The notes below the pieces were generated by a model. That model made no database searches. It was not told the DNA's origin and saw nothing but the letters and a program-made list of their open reading frames with translations. Of a stretch of 64,000 nucleotides of DNA, positions 47,101 to 57,614 are shown piece by piece (position 1 is the first letter of the stretch; the number at the start of each line of letters is the position of its first letter). A program made the translations under genes and the position numbers. Origin of the DNA: Dendrobates tinctorius (Eukaryota); contig NW_027361819.1 of NCBI RefSeq assembly GCF_039654945.1, positions 4,588,001 through 4,652,000 on the forward strand. Direction: 5' to 3'.

Positions 47101-50100
47101 CGCTGGGACGTGTAGTGCTGCGGGGAGCGCTGGGACGTGTAGTGCTGCGGGGAGCGCTGGGACGTGTAGTGCTGCTGGGACGTGTAGTGCTGCGGGGAGC
47201 GCTGGGACTTGTAGTGCTGCGGGGGGCGCCGGGACGTGTAGTTCCGCTGGGACGTGTAGTGTTGCGGGGGGCGCCGGGACGTGTAGTTCCGCTGGGACGT
47301 GTAGTGCTGCGGGGGGCGCCGGGACGTGTAGTGCTGCGGGGGGCGCCGGGACGTTTAGTGCTGCGGGGGGCGCCGGGACGTGTAGTGCTGCGGGGGGCGC
47401 CGGGACGTGTAGTGCTGCGGGGGGCGCCGGGACGTGTAGTGCTGCGGGGGGCGCCGGGACGTGTAGTGCTGCGGGGGGCGCCGGGACGTGTAGTGCTGCG
47501 GGGGGCGCCGGGACGTGTAGTGCTGCGGGGGGCGCCGGGACGTGTAGTGCTGCGGGGGGCGCCGGGACGTGTAGTGCTGCTGGGACGTGTAGTGCTGCGG
47601 GGGGCGCTGGGACGTGTAGTGCTGCTGGGACGTGTAGTGCTGCGGGGGGCGCTGGGACGTGTAGTGCCGCTGGGACGTGTAGTGCTGCGGGGGGCGCCGG
47701 GACGTGTAGTGCCGCTGGGACGTGTAGTGCTGCGGGGGGCGCCGGGACGTGTAGTGCCGCTGGGACGTGTAGTGCTGCGGGGGGCGCCGGGACGTGTAGT
47801 GCTGCGGGGGGCGCCGGGACGTGTAGTGCTGCGGGGGGCGCCGGGACGTGTAGTGCTGCGGGGGGCGCCGGGACGTGTAGTGCTGCGGGGGGCGCCGGGA
47901 CGTGTAGTGCTGCGGGGGGCGCCGGGACGTGTAGTGCTGCGGGGGGCGCCGGGACGTGTAGTGCTGCGGGGGGCGCCGGGACGTGTAGTGCTGCGGGGGG
48001 CGCCGGGACGTGTAGTGCTGCGGGGGGCGCCGGGACGTGTAGTGCTGCGGGGGGCGCCGGGACGTGTAGTGCTGCGGGGGGCGCCGGGACGTGTAGTCCT
48101 GCGGGGGGCGCCGGGACGTGTAGTCCTGCGGGGGGCGCCGGGACGTGTAGTCCTGCGGGGGGCGCCGGGACGTGTAGTCCTGCGGGGGGCGCCGGGACGT
48201 GTAGTCCTGCGGGGGGCGCCGGGACGTGTAGTCCTGCGGGGGGCGCCGGGACGTGTAGTCCTGCGGGGGGCGCCGGGACGTGTAGTGCTGCGGGGGGCGC
48301 CGGGACGTGTAGTGCTGCGGGGGGCGCCGGGACGTGTAGTGCTGCGGGGGGCGCCGGGACGTGTAGTCCTGCGGGGGGCGCCGGGACGTGTAGTGCTGCG
48401 GGGGGCGCCGGGACGTGTAGTGCTGCGGGGGGCGCCGGGACGTGTAGTGCTGCGGGGGGCGCCGGGACGTGTAGTGCTGCGGGGGGCGCCGGGACGTGTA
48501 GTGCTGCGGGGGGCGCCGGGACGTGTAGTGCTGCGGGGGGCGCCGGGACGTGTAGTGCTGCGGGGGGCGCCGGGACGTGTAGTGCTGCGGGGACGTGTAG
48601 TGCTGCGGGGGGCGCTGGGACGTGTAGTGCTGCTGGGACGTGTAGTGCTGCGGGGGGCGCTGGGACGTGTAGTGCTGCTGGGACGTGTAGTGCTGCGGGG
48701 GGCGCTGGGACGTGTAGTGCTGCTGGGACGTGTAGTGCTGCTGGGACGTGTAGTGCTGCGGGGGGCGCCGGGACGTGTAGTGCTGCTGGGACGTGTAGTG
48801 CTGCGGGGGGCGCCGGGACGTGTAGTGCTGCGGGGGGCGCCGGGACGTGTAGTGCTGCGGGGGGCGCCGGGACGTGTAGTGCTGCGGGGGGCGCCGGGAC
48901 GTGTAGTGCTGCGGGGGGCGCCGGGACGTGTAGTGCTGCGGGGGGCGCCGGGACGTGTAGTGCTGCGGGGGGCGCCGGGACGTGTAGTGCTGCGGGGGGC
49001 GCCGGGACGTGTAGTGCTGCGGGGGGCGCCGGGACGTGTAGTGCTGCGGGGGGCGCCGGGACGTGTAGTGCTGCGGGGGGCGCCGGGACGTGTAGTGCTG
49101 CGGGGGGCGCCGGGACGTGTAGTCCTGCGGGGGGCGCCGGGACGTGTAGTCCTGCGGGGGGCGCCGGGACGTGTAGTCCTGCGGGGGGCGCCGGGACGTG
49201 TAGTGCTGCGGGGGGCGCCGGGACGTGTAGTCCTGCGGGGGGCGCCGGGACGTGTAGTCCTGCGGGGGGCGCCGGGACGTGTAGTGCTGCGGGGGGCGCC
49301 GGGACGTGTAGTTCTGCGGGGGGCGCCGGGACGTGTAGTGCTGCGGGGGGCGCCGGGACGTGTAGTGCTGCGGGGGGCGCCGGGACGTGTAGTGCTGCGG
49401 GGGGCGCCGGGACGTGTAGTGCTGCGGGGGGCGCCGGGACGTGTAGTGCTGCGGGGGGCGCTGGGACGTGTAGTGCTGCGGGGAGCGCTGGGACGTGTAG
49501 TCCTGCGGGGGGTGCTGGGACGTGTAGTGCTGCTGGGACGTGTAGTGCTGCGGGGGGCGCTGGGACGTGTAGTCCTGCGGGGGGCGCTGGGACGTGTAGT
49601 GCTGCGGGGAGCGCTGGGACGTGTAGTCCTGCGGGGGGTGCTGGGACGTGTAGTGCTGCTGGGACGTGTAGTGCTGCGGGGGGCGCTGGGACGTGTAGTC
49701 CTGCGGGGGGCGCTGGGACGTGTAGTGCTGCGGGGGGCGCTGGGACGTGTAGTCCTGCGGGGGGCGCTGGGACGTGTAGTGCTGCGGGGGGCGCTGGGAC
49801 GTGTAGTGCTGCGGGGGGCGCTGGGACGTGTAGTCCTGCGGGGGGCGCTGGGACGTGTAGTGCTGCGGGGGGCGCTGGGACGTGTAGTGCTGCGGGGGGC
49901 GCTGGGACGTGTAGTCCTGCGGGGGGCGCTGGGACGTGTAGTGCTGCGGGGGGCGCTGGGACGTGTAGTGCTGCGGGGGGCGCTGGGACGTGTAGTGCTG
50001 CGGGGGGCGCTGGGACGTGTAGTGCTGCGGGGGGGGCGCTGGGACGTGTAGTGCTGCGGGGGGCGCTGGGACGTGTAGTCCTGCGGGGGGCGCTGGGACG

Positions 50101-50190
50101 TGTAGTCCTGCGGGGGGCGCTGGGACGTGTAGTGCTGCGGGGGGCGCTGGGACGTGTAGTTCTGCGGGGGGCGCTGGGACGTGTAGTCCT
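41185..50190. repeat. ~9-kb CpG-rich 27-bp minisatellite (18-bp and 31-bp variants) filling STX4 intron 1
   Basis: Unit gggacgtgtagtgctgcggggggcgc(c/t), short unit gggacgtgtagtgctgct, 31-bp lead-in at 41221-41395. Over 300 units by length. Confidence 0.97.
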
Positions 50191-50246
50191 CCTCCCGGGT
50201 GGTCGGTCCGGCCGCTGTCCCCCATCGCCCCCTGCCGGCCGCTCAC

Positions 50247-50276
50247 CTGGGTCAGCTCCTTGGTCCGGTCCCTCAT
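50247..50276 (-). CDS. STX4: Syntaxin-4 coding exon 1 (MRDRTKELTQ)
   Basis: Syntaxin N-peptide MRDRT, 30 nt, donor CAG|GTGAGC. Confidence 0.93.
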
Positions 50277-50329
50277 TCTGCCTCCGGATTCTGCGTCCCC
50301 CCCCACTCTTGATCACTTCTCACAACTTT

Positions 50330-50690
50330 TACTTCCACCGCTACTGCGCATGCTCGGCCCCGGCCACGCCCACTGCACCCTTCCTGCGGCTGAAGAGCCA
50401 TAGAGGCGAGCGGGAGCCAGCGCGGAGGATGCTGGGATACTGGAGGACCGGAGCGGCCCGGTTTCACGGAGCGGGGTAATGGCGGGAGCGCGGGCCGAGG
50501 ACAAGCAATGGTTTATAATAAACATGTCCGGGCTCTCATTTATAATGTTTTTATAGTACAAAATAATGATGACGTCATCTGACCGCTGACGGCTGTGATT
50601 GGCTGCGTAGGTCAGGTGACTTCTCCAAGTCACATGGTCTGAGCAGAGGCTGTAGTGGTCAGGTGACTGAGGAACAAGACGTCATGGCTA
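50330..50690 (-). promoter_or_regulatory. STX4 promoter region
   Basis: CpG-rich. NRF1-like TGCGCATGCTC 50345, SP/KLF GGCCACGCCC 50361, CRE TGACGTCA 50570, CCAAT (ATTGG 50598), E-boxes GTCAGGTGAC 50611 and 50658, GTCACATGG 50629. Confidence 0.7.
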
Positions 50691-50691
50691 A

Positions 50692-51002
50692 GGCTATGTG
50701 CACACACTGCGGAATCACCTGCGGGTTTTTCCCCGCGGAACCGCAGGTAAAGTGACCTTCAGTTTTCCCCTGTGGTTTCACATCTCTACTATGTTAAAGG
50801 TGTGAAACCGCAGCGGAATCCGCAGAAACAATTGACATGCTGCGGTTTAAAAACCGTGCGGAAAAAACACAGCGTGAGCCCTGCAGTTTTGAAAACCCAT
50901 AGGGTTACACGGTGCTGTACCTTGTCAGCGGAACTGCTGCGGTTCCACAGGGCCAAAACCGCAGAGTAACCGCAGCAAAAACCGCAGCGTGTGCACACAG
51001 CC
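50692..51002. mobile_element. PIF/Harbinger-type MITE just upstream of the STX4 promoter
   Basis: TAA|GGCTATGTGCACACACTGCGG ... CCGCAGCGTGTGCACACAGCC|TTA: inverted termini with TWA flanks. Confidence 0.85.
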
Positions 51003-54000
51003 TTACTGTGCTCTGGAGCCCTCCGGAGCGGCCATTACTGGGGCCGAGAGCCGCCAGTGTTCTCCTGTGATAGATGACCCCTTTAAGGCCATTGCTTCAA
51101 TAATGCCTGAGTCTTATGTTGTGGAGACGCCGATGAGAAAACGCCAGAAAACCCCCCAGGACGAGGCGCAGTGACGGAGGGTCTCCAGTATCGCCTCACA
51201 GGAGCCTCCGCAGCAGTGACCAGCACACAGGGGGTTACACGACATTGATGACCCACCGGTCGCCACAGCCCCCTGTACTGGCCGCTCCCAGCTACTGCAC
51301 AATAGAACGGCCACTTCATGGCGCTGTGCTGATCACGGGGGCCGGGACTCTCCTAAGGACAGGTCGTCAGAATCACATAACTGGAGAACCCTTCTAATAC
51401 ACCCTGTCCATTGTCCTGTGCTCACAGTCATGGCTGACCCGTATGTGACGTCATCACCCATCAGTGACTCCTCTGTCCTCTCCACACCCCATGTACCCCC
51501 ACTCAGACTCCTGAGACCACTCTGCTCCCATCCTGACTCCCCTGTCCTCTCCACACCCCATGTACCCCCACTCAGACTCCTGAGACCACTCTGCTCCCAT
51601 CCTGACTCCCCTGTCCTCTCCACACCCCATGTACCCCCACTCAGACTCCTGAGAGCCCTCTGCTCCCATCCTGACTCCTCTGTCCTCTCCACACCCCATG
51701 TACCCCCACTCAGACTCCTGAGACCCCTCTGCTCCCATCCTGACTCCTCTGTCCTCTCCACACCCCATGTACCCCCACTCAGACTCCTGAGACCCCTCTG
51801 CTCCCATCCTGACTCCTCTGTCCTCTGCACCCCCCCATGTACCCCCATTCAGACTCTTGAGACCCCTCTGCTCCCATCCTGACTCTTCTGTCCTCTCCAC
51901 ACCCCATGTACCCCCACTCAGACTCCTGAGACCCCTCTGCTCCCATCCTGACTCCTCTGTCCTCTCCACACCCCATGTACCCCCACTCAGATACCTGAGA
52001 CTCCTCTGCTCCCATCCTGACTCCTCTATCCTCTCCACACCCCATGTACCCCTATCCAGACTCCTGAGACCCCTCTGCTCCCATCCTGACTCCTCTGTCC
52101 TCTCTACACCCCTATGTACACCCATTCAGATTCCTGAGACCCCTCTGCTCCCATCCTGACTCCTCTGTCCTCTCCACACCCCGTGTACCCCCATTCAGAC
52201 TCCTGAGACCCCTCTGCTCCCATCCTGACTCCTCTGTCCTCTCCACCCCCCCATGTACCCCCATTCAGACTCCTGAGACCCCTCTGCTCCCATCCTGACT
52301 CTTCTGTCCTCTCCACCCCCCATGTAGCCCCCACTCAGACTCCTGAGACCCCTCTGCTCCCATCCTGACTCCTATCCTTTCCACACCCCATGTACCCCCA
52401 CTCAGACTCCTGAGACCCCTCTGCTCCCATCCTGACTCTTCTGTCCTCTCCACACCCCATGTACCCCCACTCAGACTCCTGAGACCCCTCTGCTCCCATC
52501 CTGACTCCTCTGTCCTCTCCACCCCTCCATGTACCCCCATTCAGACTCCTGAGAGCCCTCTGCTCCCATCCTGACTCCTCTGTCCTCTCCACACCCCATG
52601 TACCCCCACTCAGATACCTGAGACTCCTCTGCTCCCATCCTGACTCCTCTATCCTCTCCACACCCCATGTACCCCCACTCAGACTCCTGAGACCACTCTG
52701 CTCCCATCCTGACTCCCCTGTCCTCTCCACACCCCATGTACCCCCACTCAGACTCCTGAGACCACTCTGCTCCCATCCTGACTCCCCTGTCCTCTCCACA
52801 CCCCATGTACCCCCACTCAGACTCCTGGGACCACTCTGCTCCCATCCTGACTCCTCTGTCCTCTCCACACCCCATGTACCCCCACTCAGACTCCTGAGAC
52901 CCCTCTGCTCCCATCCTGACTCCTCTGTCCTCTCCACCCCTCCATGTACCCCCATTCAGACTCCTGAGACCCCTCTGCTCCCATCCTGACTCCTCTGTCC
53001 TCTCCACACCCCTATGTACACCCATTCAGATTCCTGAGACCCCTCTGCTCCCATCCTGACTCCCCTGTCCTCTCCACACCCCATGTACCCCCACTCAGAC
53101 TCCTGAGACCACTCTGCTCCCATCCTGACTCCTCTGTCCTCTCCACACCCCATGTACCCCCATTCAGATTCCTGAGACCCCTCTGCTCCCATCCTGACTC
53201 CTCTGTCCTCTCCACACCCCATGTACCCCCATTCAGACTCCTGAGATCCCTCTGCTCCCATCCTGACTCCTCTGTCCTCTCCACCCCCCCATGTACCCCC
53301 ATTCTGACTCCTGAGACCCCTCTGCTTCCATCCTGACTCTTCTGTCCTCTCCACCCCCCATGTAGCCCCCACTCAGACTCCTGAGACCCCTCTGCTCCCA
53401 TCCTGACTCCTCTATCCTCTCCACACCCCATGTACCCCCACTCAGACTCCTGAGACCACTCTGCTCCCATCCTGACTCCTCTGTCCTCTCCACACCCCAT
53501 GTACCCCCACTCAGACTCCTGAGACCCCTCTGCTCCCATCCTGACTCCTCTGTCCTCTCCACCCCTCCATGTACCCCCATTCAGACTCCTGAGACCCCTC
53601 TGCTCCCATCCTGACTCCTCTGTCCTCTCCACACCCCTATGTACACCCATTCAGATTCCTGAGACCCCTCTGATCCCATCCTGACTCCCCTGTCCTCTCC
53701 ACACCCCATGTACCCCCAATCAGACTCCTGAGACCCCTCTGCTCCCATCCTGACTCTTCTATCCTCTCCACCCCCCACGTAGCCCCCATTCAGACTCCTG
53801 AGACCTCTCTGCTCCCATCCTGACTCCTCTACTCTGTCCTCTCCACACCCCATGTACCCCCACTCAGACTCCTGAGACCCCTCTGCTCCCATCCTGACTC
53901 CTCTGTCCTCTCCACACCCCATGTACCCCCACTCAGACTCCTGAAACCCCTCTGCTCCCATCCTGACTCCTCTGTCCTCTCCACACCCCATGTACCCCCA

Positions 54001-55285
54001 CTCAGACTCCTGAGACCCCTCTGCTCCCATCCTGACTCCTCTGTCCTCTCCACACCCCATGTACCCCCACTCAGACTCCTGAGACCCCTCTGCTCCCATC
54101 CTGACTCCTCTGTCCTCTCCACCCCCCATGTACCCCCACTCAGACTCCTGAGACCCCTCTGCTCCCATCCTGACTCCTCTGTCCTCTCCACCCCCCACGT
54201 AGCCCCCATTCAGACTCCTGAGACCTCTCTGCTCCCATCCTGACTCCTCTGTCCTCTCCACACCCCATGTACCCCCATTCAGACTCCTGAGATCCCTCTG
54301 CTCCCATCCTGACTCCTCTGTCCTCTCCACCCCCCATGTACCCCCATTCTGACTCCTGAGACCCCTCTGCTCCCATCCTGACTCTTCTGTCCTCTCCACC
54401 CCCCATGTAGCCCCCACTCAGACTCCTGAGACCCCTCTGCTCCCATCCTGACTCCTCTATCCTCTCCACACCCCATGTACCCCCACTCAGACTCCTGAGA
54501 CCACTCTGCTCCCATCCTGACTCCTCTGTCCTCTCCACACCCCATGTACCCCCACTCAGACTCCTGAGACCCCTCTGCTCCCATCCTGACTCCTCTGTCC
54601 TCTCCACCCCTCCATGTACCCCCATTCAGACTCCTGAGACCCCTCTGCTCCCATCCTGACTCCTCTGTCCTCTCCACACCCCTATGTACACCCATTCAGA
54701 TTCCTGAGACCCCTCTGATCCCATCCTGACTCCCCTGTCCTCTCCACACCCCATGTACCCCCAATCAGACTCCTGAGACCCCTCTGCTCCCATCCTGACT
54801 CTTCTATCCTCTCCACCCCCCACGTAGCCCCCATTCAGACTCCTGAGACCTCTCTGCTCCCATCCTGACTCCTCTACTCTATCCTCTCCACACCCCATGT
54901 ACCCCCACTCAGACTCCTGAGACCCCTCTGCTCCCATCCTGACTCCTCTGTCCTCTCCACACCCCATGTACCCCCACTCAGACTCCTGAGACCCCTCTGC
55001 TCCCATCCTGACTCCTCTGTCCTCTCCACACCCCATGTACCCCCACTCAGACTCCTGAGACCCCTCTGCTCCCATCCTGACTCCTCTGTCCTCTCCACAC
55101 CCCATGTACCCCCACTCAGACTCCTGAGACCCCTCTGCTCCCATCCTGACTCCTCTGTCCTCTCCACACCCCTATATAGATTCAAAGAAGCTTTATTGGC
55201 AGGACTAAATACACATTAGTTTTGCCAAAGTAAGTGTACAAAAGGGAGTAGGGATAGGGACTGTAGGGATGTTGGGTAGGGGCAG

Positions 55286-55440
55286 ATCCAGGGTGGGGGC
55301 CATAGAAGTCCATGGCATAGGGAAGGTGGATGGGGGGATGGGGCATATCCAGGGTGGGGGCCATAGAAGTCCATGGCATAGGGAAGGTGGATGGGGGGTT
55401 GGGGCATATCCAGGGTAGGGGCCATAGAAGTCCATGGCAT
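55286..55440. repeat. ~60-bp tandem repeat (~2.5 copies) in the LINE 3'UTR
   Basis: atccagggtgggggccatagaagtccatggcatagggaaggtggatggggggatggggcat repeated. Confidence 0.85.
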
Positions 55441-57183
55441 ATCAGAGTTCTCTTTCTCGCAGTCTATGGCATTCGTTCACATATTGCGCTGCTATCTCCA
55501 CTGCTCTCTCTTCTTCCCCCAGCAGGATGTATGTTTTCTCTTCCTCCTTCATGGTGATGAAATCCGGGAAGAGATGTGAGAGTCTCCTGAAGCGAGTGTC
55601 CCTCACTGCTGAGTACTTGGAGCAGTGTAGCAGGAAGTGGGTCTCATCCTCCAGGGCCTCCTGGTCACAGTGTTGGCACAGTCTTTCCTCCCTGGACTTG
55701 TAGCTCTGCCTGTGTCGGCTGGATTCGATGGCCAGACTGTGGGCACTGAGTCTATACCGGCTCAGGATCTTGTGGTCTCTGGGGTCCGGGAGTTTCTCCA
55801 GGTATGGAGCCAGTCTGTAGTCTCTCTGTAGACTCCGGTACATGGTCAGTTTCTGTGAGCTGATGATGTCGTTCTTCCAGTCACTTACGTACCTCTCCTG
55901 GCCTTCGTCTACTATCTTCCTGATTCCGGCTTTTGTCAGGTTGCTGTGATTGGTTTTCTGGTCAGGTTGGGTTTGGGTGAGCTGTTCCGAGGGTCCTGGT
56001 TTTTCTGTTTCACCTACATGTGTCAGGGCTTTATGGTGATGGGAGCTTGGATTGCTCCTATGTAGGTGAGCCCGGAATGACAGTGCCCTCTTTAGAACCG
56101 TTAGGTGTAGAGGGAATCTGCCCAGCTCGGCCCGGCAAGCACTGTTGGAGGTGCTCCGATGGACTTGGAGAAGGTGCTTGCAGAATTCCAGGTGGAATAT
56201 TTCTGTTGGGCTTGAATCCCACCTTGACCAGTCTGGGTAGGTGTGAGGGCCCCAGACTTCGCTGCCATACAGGATGATTGGGGCGATGATAGAGTCGAAG
56301 ATTTTTAACCAGACCCTCACTGGTGGCTTTAGATGGTAGAGTTTCCTTCGGATGGCATAGAAGGTTTTGCATGCCTTGTCTTTCAGGGTCTCTATGGCTT
56401 GTTTGAAGCTCCCTTATCGGTGAATCTCTAGGCCCAGATAGGTATATTTGTCCTTTCCTGTAAGGGCGCAGTTGTTGAGGATAAATGAAGGGTGCTGGTC
56501 TGATTTTCTCTTTCTCTTCTGGAACACCATGATGTTGGTTTTCTTTAGGTTGACCGGTAGAGCCCAGGTGGAGCTGAATTTCTCTAAGATTTTCAGGTTG
56601 TCTTGGAGGCCTTTCTCGGTTGGTGACAGAAGCAGCAAGTCATCTGCGTACAGCAGGAATTTCACCTGCGCGTCATGGAGGGTGAGACCTGGTGCTGTGG
56701 AAGATCTCAGAGCGGTAGCCAGCTTGTTGATGTAAATGTTGAAGAGCGTTGGGCTTAGGCTGCAGCCTTGTCTGACTCCCCGGCTCTGCTGGAAATAGGC
56801 CGTTCTTCTACTGTTCACACTCACACTGCAGAGGTTCTCGGTGTAGGAGCTATCATAGGTCTTTCCTCCTATTCCGCTCTCCAGCAGTTTCAGGAATAAG
56901 CCTGGGTGCCACACCGAATCACAGGCCTTTTTAAAGTCCACGACACAGGCGTATATCTTCCCGTTCTTTGTATTGTGGCTCTGAATGAGGCTGTGCAGGG
57001 TGTAGATGTGGTCGGTAGTGCGGTGGTTTGGCATGGACCCTGCTTGGCTCTTGCTGAGGACGTTGTGCTCGGTGAGGAAACTGAGGATCCTCTTGTTCAG
57101 GATGCTGTTGAACAGTTTTCCCAGGTTGCTGCTGGCACATATTCCTCTGTAGTTGGCTGGGTCGTACCTGTCCCCATTCTTAT

Positions 57184-57614
57184 TAGATCAGAAGAAAGAC
57201 CAGTGCAAAGACGTCCTAATATTTTAAAATCACAAATCTTTATTAGGGACACAGATAAAATTGGCAATATAGTGAATATAAAAGTGACACAGAAAAACAG
57301 GCAGCATATGGAGGAGCAGTGCACCTCACTAGAATGGTACACAACCCGGTTGTGTAAAAATATATAGGCGTAAAGGCCAAGAGTTAATGCATGAAATGGA
57401 TAGCCAGTACAAGTGCAAAGTAAGGGGAAAAATCCCAGACTGGTTACCATACAGATTACATCTATAGAGAGAACTCCAAAAACCTAATAGGCCAAGCAGT
57501 TATTAATGATAGTAACACATACCAGGGAGAGGGACACGGACCACCTCAGGAAGGATTATATCTGAAACGCGCGTTGGGGTTTGTCAGCGTGTGGTGGTCT
57601 GTGTCCCTCTCCCT
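57184..57614. mobile_element. Penelope-like pseudo-LTR fragment with internal inversion, nested in LINE ORF2
   Basis: Interrupts ...NQGL / KNGDRYDPANYRG with loss of a few codons. Inverted repeat agggagagggacacggaccacc / ggtggtctgtgtccctctccct. Minimal-hammerhead-like AGGA AGG attata TCT GAAAC GCGC GTT GGGG. AATAAA near the minus-strand end. Confidence 0.7.

Noticed and set aside
40900-50479. Giant ORFs (up to 3138 aa) on both strands, including a 983-aa ORF in frame with the STX4 ATG
   Set aside because: Products of stop-poor 27/18-bp units (multiples of 3) inside an intron with good splice sites. Nothing supports intron retention or translation.
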